Positions 42,798-52,759 of a stretch of DNA of 64,000 nucleotides are shown here, piece by piece. The DNA is from an uncultured Eggerthellaceae bacterium (GTDB lineage: Bacteria > Actinomycetota > Coriobacteriia > Coriobacteriales > Eggerthellaceae), in contig CAKUFS010000010.1 in assembly GCA_934648845.1 (NCBI GenBank), positions 327 through 64,326 of the forward strand, given 5' to 3'. The translations under genes and the position numbers were made by a program. Numbering within the stretch: position 1 is the first letter of the stretch; every line of letters starts with the position of its first letter. The notes under the pieces are model-generated. The model saw nothing but the letters and a program-made list of their open reading frames with translations, had not been told where the DNA came from and did not search any database.

Positions 42798-44588
42798 CTA
42801 GTTGTTCGCATCATGGGATTGGGCAAGCAGCTCGGCCGCATGAAGACGCGCCGCTTCGCTTTCGTCGCCCGCCAGCATGCGCGCAATCTCATCAACACGC
42901 GCAGACCCCTCAACAGGGGTAATAGTGGTTTCAGGAAGCGCGCCACCCGTTTTTGCCACCACATAGTGGCATTGCGCGCGCACCGCCACCTGCGGCAAAT
43001 GCGTTACCACAAGCACCTGACGCGTTGTTGCAAGGTCGGCAAGAACATCCGCAAGTGCCACCGCCGTAGCACCGCCCACACCGGCGTCAACTTCATCGAA
43101 GATGAGCGTTTCAGCCGTATCGGCTTGACCCAGCACCACGCGCAACGCCAACATGACGCGGCTCACTTCGCCGCCCGATGCAATGCGCGCCAACGGACGT
43201 GCTGCCATTTCCGAACCAGGTCGGAACAAAAATTCAACCGTCGAAGGACCCACTTTCGTCCACGCCGCACGCGGTTGGCGCTCGATTTCGCATACGAGCT
43301 GCGCCGATCCCATGCACAAACGCTTCATCTGGTCGCATACCGCGCGCGCAAACCGAGGAGCCGCCGCTTTTCGTGCTTTATCCAACACATCTGCCGCCTG
43401 CACTAATGCCGCTTCCGCCTGATCAACCGCTGCTTGCGCCGCCTTCAAACGCGCCTCGGAATCATCCACGGCACCCACTAAATCGGCCGCCGCATCGCGC
43501 GCCGCCAGCACATCCTCCATACGCGGCCCGTACAAACGCAACAGTCGCTGCATAGCACCCACACGTTCTTGCATGCGCGCCAACTCAGCAGCATCCAGCT
43601 CAATGGAATCGCGATACGCACGCACATCGGCAGCAACATCTTCGGCAATATACACGGCATCGCGCAGCGATTTCGCATACGCCTGCAGCGAGTCATCAAA
43701 GCGACATGCCTGGTCAAGCACGTAAATCGCGCTGTTCAAAGCATCCAGCGCGCTTACCTCTTCACCATCGCCCGAAAGCGCACGGTACGCCCCCTCGGAA
43801 GCATTCACCAACGCTTCCGCGTTTTCCGCCTTTGCCAGCGCTTCAACAAGCTCTTCGTATTCGCCCGGCTGCGGATCAACCTCGTTCACGCTGCGAAGAA
43901 CAAACCGCGCCTCGTCAAGCTGTGCCGACGAAGAAGACGCCGCCGCACGCACGTCGTCAAGTGCAGCTTGCGCGGCCTGCGCTGCCGTAAAAGCTGCCCT
44001 GTACGTTTTGAGCGGCGCTTCCACCTGGTCTTTTGCCCAAGCATCAAGAAACGTCACATGATTTGCGGGCTTCAACAAGCGCTGATGCTCATGCTGACCG
44101 CACAGGTCAACCACAGGGCCAATCGTCGCCGCCAGCTGCGCTGCGCTGGCCATATGCCCGTCAAGCGTCACGCGCGAGCGACCGTCTGCTCCCACGCGAC
44201 GCGTTACCACAATGTCGCGCTCGCATGCGTCGGCCGCAGCGGCGTCGGCAGTGCCGCCATCGCTGGTACCCGCGCTGCTGGCATCCGCGCCAGCAGCTCC
44301 AGCACCCACACCGCCTACACCAGTGGGCGCATCTTCCCATGCCGAATCAGCATCAGTGCCTTCACCTGCGCTTTCGCGCACGAAAAAGCGACCCGAAACC
44401 ACCAGCGAGTCTTCCCCATCACGCACCATCTGCGCACTGGCACGCTCGCCCATAAGCAACTTGCACGCCGAAAGCAGCGCCGTTTTGCCCGCGCCCGTCT
44501 CGCCCGTAAGCACCGTCAGCCCCGCGCACGGCGTAAGCGTGGCGTTGCGGATAAGCGCCAAATTCTCAACATGGATTTCATCGATCAT
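42798..44588 (-). CDS. recN: DNA repair protein RecN
   Basis: MIDEIHVENLALIRNATL…GETGAGKTALL (Walker A), coiled-coil middle, and LIFDEVDAGVGG. It contains a ~45-aa G/A/D/S insertion near residue 75. Confidence 0.93.
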   Translation of the reverse strand: MIDEIHVENLALIRNATLTPCAGLTVLTGETGAGKTALLSACKLLMGERASAQMVRDGEDSLVVSGRFFVRESAGEGTDADSAWEDAPTGVGGVGAGAAGADASSAGTSDGGTADAAAADACERDIVVTRRVGADGRSRVTLDGHMASAAQLAATIGPVVDLCGQHEHQRLLKPANHVTFLDAWAKDQVEAPLKTYRAAFTAAQAAQAALDDVRAAASSSSAQLDEARFVLRSVNEVDPQPGEYEELVEALAKAENAEALVNASEGAYRALSGDGEEVSALDALNSAIYVLDQACRFDDSLQAYAKSLRDAVYIAEDVAADVRAYRDSIELDAAELARMQERVGAMQRLLRLYGPRMEDVLAARDAAADLVGAVDDSEARLKAAQAAVDQAEAALVQAADVLDKARKAAAPRFARAVCDQMKRLCMGSAQLVCEIERQPRAAWTKVGPSTVEFLFRPGSEMAARPLARIASGGEVSRVMLALRVVLGQADTAETLIFDEVDAGVGGATAVALADVLADLATTRQVLVVTHLPQVAVRAQCHYVVAKTGGALPETTITPVEGSARVDEIARMLAGDESEAARLHAAELLAQSHDANN

Positions 44589-44693
44589 GAGTCGCGCGCC
44601 TTTCTTTTTGTTGCGCTGCCTTTCGCTGCATTCTTTCCCGTCAGTATACCAGTCGTGATACCATGAGGCGCGAAAGAAAACATAGGAGGCATC

Positions 44694-45146
44694 ATGCGAG
44701 CACTTATTCAGCGCGTCTCAAACGCGAGCGTTACCATCGATGGTGAAGAAAAAAGCGCCATTGAGCGGGGATTTCTCATTCTTTTAGGCGTGGGGCAGGA
44801 AGACACCGAAGAGCAAGCGGACAAACTATGGGGCAAAATCTCCAAACTGCGCATCTTCGATGACGAAAACGGGAAGACAAACCTCTCGCTTGCCGATATC
44901 AACGGCGATGTGCTGGTGGTTTCCCAATTCACGCTCTATGCCAGCTGCAAGAAGGGCAATCGCCCCTCGTTCACGCAAGCCGGCGCGCCCGACGAGGCAA
45001 ACCACCTGTACGAATATTTCGCTAGCCTGGTGCGTGCAACCAGTGGCGTGCGCAACGTGGGAACCGGCGAGTTCGGCGCGGATATGCAGGTCGCGCTGGT
45101 AAACCACGGCCCCTTTACCATCTGGTTGGATACCGACACGCTGTAG
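44694..45146 (+). CDS. dtd: D-aminoacyl-tRNA deacylase
   Basis: [18 protein letters not shown]…LLGVGQEDT…VSQFTLYA…GNRPSF…[21 protein letters not shown] is canonical Dtd. Confidence 0.92.
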   Translation: MRALIQRVSNASVTIDGEEKSAIERGFLILLGVGQEDTEEQADKLWGKISKLRIFDDENGKTNLSLADINGDVLVVSQFTLYASCKKGNRPSFTQAGAPDEANHLYEYFASLVRATSGVRNVGTGEFGADMQVALVNHGPFTIWLDTDTL

Positions 45147-45316
45147 CAGCACGAACCACGCGGAAGGCATCGGCGCCCAAGCAGGCGCCTGCACCCGGCC
45201 CCATCACGCGCTGCGCGCGCCGGGCGGGCTCACGAGCCCCTAAAAAACTCAGGGCTTGGAAGCCGAACAACTTCCAAGCCCTGTCATATGAACGCCCGCC
45301 ACGGTCACGCCAGCAA

Positions 45317-47605
45317 TCAGTCATCCCACCCGTAAAGAGCCGCGTACTGAATAGCGAATGCATTCGTTGCGTCAACATCGTTGTTCCACTTCACATCGGC
45401 GCGAGAATACATGCTTTCGTAATCAGCGCGGTCGGCGTACGTATCGGGAGACACCACCATATCGTAGGCAATCTGCGCATCAACGATGTTAAGCACACCG
45501 TTTCCATTCACATCGCCGTCGAGTTTCGCATGACTTCCGATGAAATACCCGGGCACGGCGACGCCGTTATCAACGCGCGCACGCGAAACATCGGTGCACG
45601 ATGCATCAAATACGGTGCCTTCGCCGCCTTCAAGCCTGGTGCAGCCGGCGAACATGCCTTCGGATTGCGTAACCTGCTTTACCGCCAGTTTCGATGCGAA
45701 AATGGCATCAAGCCAGCTGCAATTCGCGAACATCAGCCTCATATCGGTCACGCGCGACGTGTCCAACTCGGAAATTTCCACCGAATCCAGCCCCGTGCAG
45801 CCAGCGAACATGCTGTAACAGGTTTTCGCCGCAACGCCCTGACTTATTCTGACGTATCCAATATCCTCGCGATAACGATACCAGGGCACCGCCTCGCAAT
45901 CTTCCCCCCAGTCATCCAGCACACCCTGGGTTAGACCCGACAACGGACGAATCTGAAGAACATCCGAGCAATACAAATCGTCATAGTCAACGAACCACTC
46001 GCACGTGCCGCTGCGCTTCCAACCTTCGGTAACGCGATGCGCCGTGTACATCATTGCGCCCGATGTGCGATTGGCATTTGCCTCAGCCACTTGGGCTGTT
46101 GTCTCATACAAAACACCCGTAGTATCCATCCAAACGCATTCATCCGCGAAGCTCTTGTCCATATGAACACCTGCAGGCAGCGTCACATTCGCAAGAGAGG
46201 TGCAATTTTCGAACATGCCCTCCGTTTCCACCGATGGCGAGAACGACCAACCCGAAAGGTCAATTGAAATCAGCGACGTGCAGCAATCGAACATGTAATG
46301 CATGTCCGTTACGCCAGACAAATCCAAACCCGAAAAATCAACCGACGTCAGATTGTTGCAGCCCACAAAAAGACTCCGGCATGTTTTGGCCACCACACCT
46401 TGTTTGAAGCGAGCCGATATTATTTCATCGGCGTGCTCACTCCAGGGCGCGCCGTAATGATTTTCCTGCCAATCCGGCAAAGCACCCTTCCCGTAACCGG
46501 GCAGCGGACGAACCGTGAGCAGGCCGTCATCGTCTATCTTCCATTCGCATCCGCCGCTTTGCGTCCATCCCGAGGAAGGCATTGCATCGGTGGTCGTGTA
46601 TGTTTCCGCACCTGAAACGCGCTCGACGTTCGCCCAAAGCATCTCTTCGTTCGAATCATATACCGCGCCTGTCGTATCTACCCACCGAGAATCATGATGG
46701 GCGCCCATGGGGGACGTTCTGAGATACGCAAGAGTATTATTATCGGTCAAATCAAGCCCCGCTGGCAACGTGAGCTGCGACACAAGCGGCGCGCCCGCAA
46801 AGGAATACATCGCATTCGTTATCGCAGAGCCGGTAAACGACGAAATGTCCACCGATTCAAGCGACAAGCAATTCTGAAACAAGCCATACATGTTGGTCAC
46901 GCGCGCAGCATTGATTCCCGATAAGTTGATGCTCTTTATTGACGAGCACTCATTAAACATGGAGCTCATACTGGTCACATTCGATGCGTCAACACCTTGG
47001 AAATTTACCGTTTGCAAGGCTGCGCAACCATAGAACATGCACGTCATGTCAGTCACCCGAGAGGTATCCAAGCCCGAAAGGTCAACAGACACTAAATTAG
47101 TCCATTCCGAGAACATGTGACGACACGTCTCAGCAACAACACCAGGCTCAATGACTACGGACGTAATAGAAGCGCGAAACGATTCGTCGCGCAGCCAGGG
47201 CGCTTGCTCGGTGCGCCACAAATCCAACACGCCCGAAGCGCCGTTGCCCAAAGGACGGACGGTAAGCAGGCCGGCGTCATCGACGCGCCATTCGCACGTG
47301 CCCAATTGGTTCCATCCCGCGGTGAGTGTCGCATCAGTAGCAGAGGCGGGGTCTGCCGAAGGACCTGCTGTCGGGGCAGATGCGTGAGGCGATGCGGACT
47401 CGGTAGCCGCAGCTACCGAAGACGATGCAGGCTCGGTAGCCGCAGCGGCGGAAACAACCGCCGAGCGCGCAGCTTCTTCCGCGCTGCCTTCCGCGTCTAC
47501 CGCAAGAACTTGCACGGGGAAAAGCCCCGACACTAAGACGATCGAAAGAAGAGCGCTCGCGCACGCACGCGCCGAAGAGTGAGCCGCAGAGGGCTGCTTT
47601 TTCAT
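45317..47605 (-). CDS. Secreted BspA-type (DUF285-like) leucine-rich-repeat protein with C-terminal dockerin-like module, copy 1
   Basis: The start is set at ATG 47605 (MKKQPSAAHSSARACASALLSIVLVSG… signal). Three modules run GWxxSGxCEWxxDDxGLLxxRPL… and then repeats of LDTSxVTDMxxMFxxCxxL. The C-terminus GDVNGNGVLNIVDAQIAYDMV…DVKWNNDVDATNAFAIQ resembles two dockerin Ca-binding loops. Confidence 0.8.
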   Translation of the reverse strand: MKKQPSAAHSSARACASALLSIVLVSGLFPVQVLAVDAEGSAEEAARSAVVSAAAATEPASSSVAAATESASPHASAPTAGPSADPASATDATLTAGWNQLGTCEWRVDDAGLLTVRPLGNGASGVLDLWRTEQAPWLRDESFRASITSVVIEPGVVAETCRHMFSEWTNLVSVDLSGLDTSRVTDMTCMFYGCAALQTVNFQGVDASNVTSMSSMFNECSSIKSINLSGINAARVTNMYGLFQNCLSLESVDISSFTGSAITNAMYSFAGAPLVSQLTLPAGLDLTDNNTLAYLRTSPMGAHHDSRWVDTTGAVYDSNEEMLWANVERVSGAETYTTTDAMPSSGWTQSGGCEWKIDDDGLLTVRPLPGYGKGALPDWQENHYGAPWSEHADEIISARFKQGVVAKTCRSLFVGCNNLTSVDFSGLDLSGVTDMHYMFDCCTSLISIDLSGWSFSPSVETEGMFENCTSLANVTLPAGVHMDKSFADECVWMDTTGVLYETTAQVAEANANRTSGAMMYTAHRVTEGWKRSGTCEWFVDYDDLYCSDVLQIRPLSGLTQGVLDDWGEDCEAVPWYRYREDIGYVRISQGVAAKTCYSMFAGCTGLDSVEISELDTSRVTDMRLMFANCSWLDAIFASKLAVKQVTQSEGMFAGCTRLEGGEGTVFDASCTDVSRARVDNGVAVPGYFIGSHAKLDGDVNGNGVLNIVDAQIAYDMVVSPDTYADRADYESMYSRADVKWNNDVDATNAFAIQYAALYGWDD

Positions 47606-47704
47606 AGAGTTCCTTCCCAACGATATTGTTTTTATCGTTTCGCAGTATAGCCGAAGCAAGCCAGATTGCAGCCGCTCGAGAGCGCGTAAAAAACGAAAGG
47701 GCGC

Positions 47705-47832
47705 TTAATTGGTTGGCTGCGCGGCCACGCGCGCATCCGCCTGAGCTTCGGCCACGGGACAGCCCGCAAACGCGTCGGACTCCATGCCCCGCAGGGCGCG
47801 TCCACGTCCAGCATCTCGCCCGCCGCAGTCAC
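47705..47832 (-). pseudogene. Chimeric remnant: flavoprotein 3' end fragment fused to the 3' end of the LRR_5 gene
   Basis: The minus strand encodes …AAGEMLDVDAPCG (compare 51133-52623, …FAAGEMLDVDAPCGG). In another frame it continues as GMESDAFAGCPVAEAQ… (compare 50372-51109, …GMEPDAFVGCPVAQTQ). Confidence 0.7.
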
Positions 47833-47840
47833 GCCAGCTA

Positions 47841-50105
47841 TCAGTCATCCCACCCGCAAAGAACAGCGCGCTGAATGGCGAACGCATTCGTTGCGTCAAC
47901 ATCGTTGTTCCACTTCACGTCGGCGCGAGAATACATGCTTTCGTAATCGGCGCAATCGGCGTACGTCTCGGGCGACTTCACCATATCGTAGGCAATCTGC
48001 GCGTCAACAATGTTAAGCGCGCCGTTTCCGCTCACATCGCCGTCAAGCTTCGCATGTCTTCCGATGAAATACCCGGGTGCGACGGCGCCGTTATCAACGC
48101 GCGCACGCGAAATGTCGGTATATGACGCGTTAAATGCCGTACCGCAGCCGCCTTCAAGCGCGGTGCAACCGGCAAACATGCCTTCTGATTGCGTGACCTG
48201 CTTTATGGCCAGCTTCGATGCGAAAATGGTTTCAAGCTGCTCGCAGTTGGCAAACATCAGCCGCATATCGGCTACCCGCGAAGTATCCAGCTCGGAAATT
48301 ACTGCCGAGTACAAGTTGGTGCAGCCATAGAACATGCCATAACAGGTTTTCGCTGCAACGCCCTGCTCGATTCGAATGCACTCGATTCCGTCTCGCCACG
48401 GGTACCAGGGAACGTCCTCGTAATTGCCCGACCAGTCGGCCAGCGTTCCTTGCGTAAACCCAGGAAGCGGACGAATAACAAGCTCTCCTTCGCTCATCGA
48501 CCATTCGCAGGTGCCGCATCGATCCCAACCACCCGTAGGACGAATCGCCGTATACGTCATGCTTCCCGTTTCGCGCGCAGCGTTGGCTGCAAGCATATCG
48601 GCGGTCGAGCTGTAAAGCGCGCCCGTTGCGTCTTTCCAGGAAAGATTATCTGCGGCATCATCGACCAGGCGCACTCCCGCAGGCAAAATCAACTCCGTCA
48701 AAGATGAGCAGTCACGAAACATCCGGGTCGTATCCGCTTTCTGCACGTTATCTATGCCGGTAAGGTCAACGCGAGTAAGCTTTGCGCAACTATCGAACAT
48801 ATAGCGCATATCTGTAACTTGGGATGTATCCAACCCCGACAGATCAAAGGAGCTCAAGTTGTAGCAATTCTCGAAAAGACCGAAGCACGTTTTGGCAATA
48901 ACGCCTTGCTCGAATCGGGCTGAAACAATGTCTTCGCTTTTCCCAGACCAGGGTGCGTTATAGACGCCTTCACCCCAATCAGGCAATACCCCTTGCTCGA
49001 AGCCAGGAAGCGGGCGAACAACCAGCAAACCGCTGCTATCCACCATCCATTCGCAGCCGCCGCTTTGCGTCCAGCCCGAAGAAGGCGCTGCATTGGTAAC
49101 GGTATATGTTTCCGCGCCCGTTGTACGCATCGCATTCGCGCGAAGCATCTCATCGGTTGAACCATATACCGCGCCCGTCGTATCTACCCAGCGAAAATCT
49201 TGGCGGCCTCCTGTTGAAGACACGCCGATATACGCATGGGATTCTTGCTCCGTCAAGTTCAATTCCGCTGGCAGCGTTAGCTGCGAAAGAGAATCAGCTC
49301 CCATGAAGGAATACCCCGCATTGGTTATAGCGGAAGCACTGAACGACGAGATGTCCACCGACTCAAGGGCAGCGCAATCGCGGAACAAATCATACATATC
49401 CGTCATGTGCGCGGCGTTGATTCCCGATAAATCGATTCTTTTTATCGACGAGCATCCCCTGAACATGCCATACATGCTAGTCACGCAGGATGCATCGATG
49501 CCCGAGAAATCCACCGACTCAAGGGCTGTACAATTACGAAACATGAGAGCCATGTCAGTCACCTGAGAGGTATCCAAGCCCGACAAGTCAGCCGAAATCA
49601 ACGATGCGCAATCGGCAAACATAAAGCGACACGTAGGCGTAGACACCCCCGACTCAATGCGCACCGCCGTGATAGAGGCGCGCGTATCTTCGCTGGCCGC
49701 CCATGGCGCATAGCTAGGGCTCCACGAATCCAACACGCCCGAAGCGCCGTTGCCCAAAGGACGAATGGTAAGCAGGCCGGCGTCATCGATGCGCCATTCG
49801 CAGGTGCCCGACTTGTTCCATCCCTCGGTAAGCGTCGCGTCTGTAGCAGGGGCGGGGTCTGCCGAAAATTTCACTTCCGCGGGTGACGCAGCTACATCGT
49901 CTGCGGAAGCGGTTGCAGCAACGTCAAGCAACGTAGGTGTCGTTTCCGCAAATGCATTCGTCGTAAGAGTCGATGACGCAATTGCAGCAGATGCATCTGT
50001 CGCAAACACGCGCGCAGGGAAGAGCCCCGACGCCAAGGTGATCGAAAGAAGAACGCTTACGCATGCACGCGCCGAAGAGTGAACCGCAGAGGAATGTTTT
50101 TTCAT
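47841..50105 (-). CDS. Secreted BspA-type leucine-rich-repeat protein with C-terminal dockerin-like module, copy 2
   Basis: It is a paralogue of 45317-47605 with the same three-module layout, signal peptide and dockerin-like tail. The 5' leader and 3' flank are also duplicated. Confidence 0.8.
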   Translation of the reverse strand: MKKHSSAVHSSARACVSVLLSITLASGLFPARVFATDASAAIASSTLTTNAFAETTPTLLDVAATASADDVAASPAEVKFSADPAPATDATLTEGWNKSGTCEWRIDDAGLLTIRPLGNGASGVLDSWSPSYAPWAASEDTRASITAVRIESGVSTPTCRFMFADCASLISADLSGLDTSQVTDMALMFRNCTALESVDFSGIDASCVTSMYGMFRGCSSIKRIDLSGINAAHMTDMYDLFRDCAALESVDISSFSASAITNAGYSFMGADSLSQLTLPAELNLTEQESHAYIGVSSTGGRQDFRWVDTTGAVYGSTDEMLRANAMRTTGAETYTVTNAAPSSGWTQSGGCEWMVDSSGLLVVRPLPGFEQGVLPDWGEGVYNAPWSGKSEDIVSARFEQGVIAKTCFGLFENCYNLSSFDLSGLDTSQVTDMRYMFDSCAKLTRVDLTGIDNVQKADTTRMFRDCSSLTELILPAGVRLVDDAADNLSWKDATGALYSSTADMLAANAARETGSMTYTAIRPTGGWDRCGTCEWSMSEGELVIRPLPGFTQGTLADWSGNYEDVPWYPWRDGIECIRIEQGVAAKTCYGMFYGCTNLYSAVISELDTSRVADMRLMFANCEQLETIFASKLAIKQVTQSEGMFAGCTALEGGCGTAFNASYTDISRARVDNGAVAPGYFIGRHAKLDGDVSGNGALNIVDAQIAYDMVKSPETYADCADYESMYSRADVKWNNDVDATNAFAIQRAVLCGWDD

Positions 50106-50371
50106 AGAGCCCCTTCCCCTTCTTTTTCAGCAATAGTTTTTATCGCATTGCAGTATAGCAAAGGAACGCGCAAACACGAGCCACCGCACTTTAACCTGCA
50201 CGCACGGCTCGGAAGCGGTTGTTTGCTTTCGGCGCATCGTGCGCACGAAGCAACTTGCGTTTCGGCATACCCAGCGCGCACGTATGACATAGGAGTGGTT
50301 GTCCGCGTTTCGATGCGCGCGTTGCGCAAAGCCGCCTGCGTTTCAGAACGCACGGTCGCCCGTCTGGCAGC

Positions 50372-51109
50372 TTATTCGTTTTCCTGCGTCTGCGCCACAG
50401 GGCATCCCACAAACGCATCGGGCTCCATGCCCTGCACGGCATCGGACATGGTCACGCGCGCCAGACGCGTGCAGCCCGCAAACGTGCGCTCTTCAATGTA
50501 GGAAATCTCATCGGGCAAATCGATACCCTCAAGGCTCGTGCAGTTTTCAAAGCACCGGCGACCAATCCAACCCACCGAAGCAGGAAGCTCAACGGCCGCA
50601 AGCGCTGCGCAATTCGCGAACACTTCGTCTTCCAACGTGTCAAGCGTCTCCGGCAAAACCACTTCGCGCAGGCGCGCGCAATCACGAAACGCTGCATTGC
50701 CCAGAATACGCACGCCATCAGGTATTTCAACACGCTCAAGACCGCGACACCCTTTGAATGCCTCATCCCCCACACGCTCGACTCCGCACGGCAGCGCTAC
50801 CGATGAAAGCGCGTTGCAGCGCTGAAACGCCTTGGAGCCAATCTCGCGCACGCCTTCCGGAAACACGATTTCGCGCAAACCTGTGCAGCCGGAAAACGCG
50901 CCGTCCTCAATGACTTCAAGCGTAGAGGGCAGCTGCACTTCTTTGAGCTGCATGCAGGCGTTGAACGCAAACGCGCCAATGCGGCGCACGCCTTCCGGGA
51001 TAATCAGGCGCGACAGCATGAACTTGTTCGTGAAGACGCGCGGCGCAATGTCGGTTACGCCGGGGGGAATGCACACCACCGCTTCGTCGTCGTGATAGGC
51101 ATTCAGCAT
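50372..51109 (-). CDS. Leucine-rich-repeat (LRR_5 / BspA-like) protein without a signal peptide
   Basis: The start is set at ATG 51109 (MLNAYHDDEAVVCIPPGV…). It has about nine ~23-aa repeats of the form IPxGVxxIGxxAFxxCxxLxxVxLP. Confidence 0.75.
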   Translation of the reverse strand: MLNAYHDDEAVVCIPPGVTDIAPRVFTNKFMLSRLIIPEGVRRIGAFAFNACMQLKEVQLPSTLEVIEDGAFSGCTGLREIVFPEGVREIGSKAFQRCNALSSVALPCGVERVGDEAFKGCRGLERVEIPDGVRILGNAAFRDCARLREVVLPETLDTLEDEVFANCAALAAVELPASVGWIGRRCFENCTSLEGIDLPDEISYIEERTFAGCTRLARVTMSDAVQGMEPDAFVGCPVAQTQENE

Positions 51110-51132
51110 AATATCGAAGCTTGACACGCCTT

Positions 51133-52623
51133 CTACCTGGCCTTTCTTTGGTTTTTGAAGGTAGTGGCGGCGGCAGAAGCGCCCGCCAACGTGCCGCTCG
51201 CCCACGCCCAGTGCAAGTTGTACCCGCCGCAGGGCGCGTCCACGTCCAGCATCTCGCCCGCCGCGAACAGCCCCGCATACTGCTTGCACTCCATGGTGGT
51301 CGCATCGAACGCTTCGCACAAGAAGCCGCCGCAATGCACCTGGCACTGCTTGGGGTCACCCGCACCTTCTACGGCAACCTTGAAGCGCTTTGCCACGCGC
51401 GACAGACGATACATGTTCTGCGCCGATGCAGGGTCTTCCGGCCGCAGCTTGAGCGTTTTCAGCAGCGCCTCGGCCACCAAGGGAAGCATCATGCCGCGCG
51501 TAATATCCTGACACGCGGCTTCCCTGCCACTCAGTGCGCGCGTGGCGGCGGCGCGTTCATGCAGGTAGGATTGCAGTTCATCCCTGGTCATGTCGGGGAA
51601 CAGGTCAAGTGCCACCGTATCACCCGGCTGAGCGAATCGCGAGAGGTTGAATATCGCAATGCCCGAAAGCCCGTATTTGCGGAACAGCACTTCGCCGCGC
51701 TCCTGTGCTAGCGGCGCGCCATCGCGCTCAAGGGCAGCCTGGCAACGCACACGAATGTTATCCAGCGCGCGGATGTCGCGCGTGTCGGTTTTCAGCGGGC
51801 CAAGCACGGACCTTGCAGGCGCATACGGCAAGTCGCTGGGAAGAAGCTCGCGCGCAACGGAGCCACCAACAGCGCAAATGACCTGGTGCGCGCGCTGAAA
51901 CGACCCATCGGCCATGCGCAACGTGTACGGTTTTCCCGGCGCGCGCGGCGGCTCGACGGAGCGCACGCGCATGTTGCAGCATTCTTTGACACCCAGTCCT
52001 TGTGCGGCAGCGCGCAGCACATCAAGAACAGTCGAGGCTTTACCTGTTATGGGGAAAAGACGGCCTTCTCCTTCTTCGCGCCAACAAAGACCCAAGCCGG
52101 CGAAGAAATCGAGGACGGCATTTTGCGTCTGCTGACCAGCGGATGCACATGAGCGCGGCCAAAATGCCGCCTCTTCAAGAGCGGCAAGAGATGCACCCAC
52201 GAACGCAGCATTCTGGTAGAGACCGTTTGAGATCACGGCGTTCGAGAAATTGCAGCGACCATTGCCCGTTGCCAGAATCGAGCGTCCCACGCGGTCGTCT
52301 GCCTCGAACAGCGCGATGTTCGCAGGGCGAACGCCCGCGACCGAACGGGAGGTTGCGGCGGCATTGTCAACAGCCGCACGACAAGCCGCAACTTCGTTGG
52401 AGCCCGCACTTGTGCCGGCACCAACGTCTGCTGCAGCGTGCACGATGGCATCGGCACCTGCGCGGGCAGACGCGCTGACACTTGCATCGCCGGCGCCTGC
52501 ACAAGCGCCTGCAACATCTTCCCCGTCCAGCGCGCGGCACTTCCATGCGGCAGAAATGGCGGCCGCCAAACCAGCTGCGCCGCCACCAATGATGATCACA
52601 TCGTATGTTTCGTTTTCGTTCAT
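51133..52623 (-). CDS. HI0933/BaiN-like FAD-dependent oxidoreductase (aminoacetone-oxidase family) with a low-complexity insertion
   Basis: The start is set at ATG 52623 (MNENETYDVIIIGGGAAGLAAA, GxGxxG). The C-terminus is GEMLDVDAPCGGYNLHWAWASG. About 70 aa of A/G/D/S insert follow the dinucleotide-binding motif. Confidence 0.82.
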   Translation of the reverse strand: MNENETYDVIIIGGGAAGLAAAISAAWKCRALDGEDVAGACAGAGDASVSASARAGADAIVHAAADVGAGTSAGSNEVAACRAAVDNAAATSRSVAGVRPANIALFEADDRVGRSILATGNGRCNFSNAVISNGLYQNAAFVGASLAALEEAAFWPRSCASAGQQTQNAVLDFFAGLGLCWREEGEGRLFPITGKASTVLDVLRAAAQGLGVKECCNMRVRSVEPPRAPGKPYTLRMADGSFQRAHQVICAVGGSVARELLPSDLPYAPARSVLGPLKTDTRDIRALDNIRVRCQAALERDGAPLAQERGEVLFRKYGLSGIAIFNLSRFAQPGDTVALDLFPDMTRDELQSYLHERAAATRALSGREAACQDITRGMMLPLVAEALLKTLKLRPEDPASAQNMYRLSRVAKRFKVAVEGAGDPKQCQVHCGGFLCEAFDATTMECKQYAGLFAAGEMLDVDAPCGGYNLHWAWASGTLAGASAAATTFKNQRKAR

Positions 52624-52759
52624 GCGCTTATGATACCACGCGCCGCCCTTCAGCCCTGCAAAGCAACGCAACGGACCTCCCTTGATTATGCAGGAGATTA
52701 GGCAGACCCTGCATCCGAAGAATAAGTCGATACGGACCGCCCTTGGTAGCGCGGGAGTT

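Noticed and set aside
40092-42886. An integrase or recombinase expected inside the recN islet.
   Set aside because: None of the three ORFs shows tyrosine- or serine-recombinase or DDE motifs (no R…HxxR…Y, no S-R-x-x-Q-type N-terminus). The mobility mechanism therefore remains open rather than assigned.
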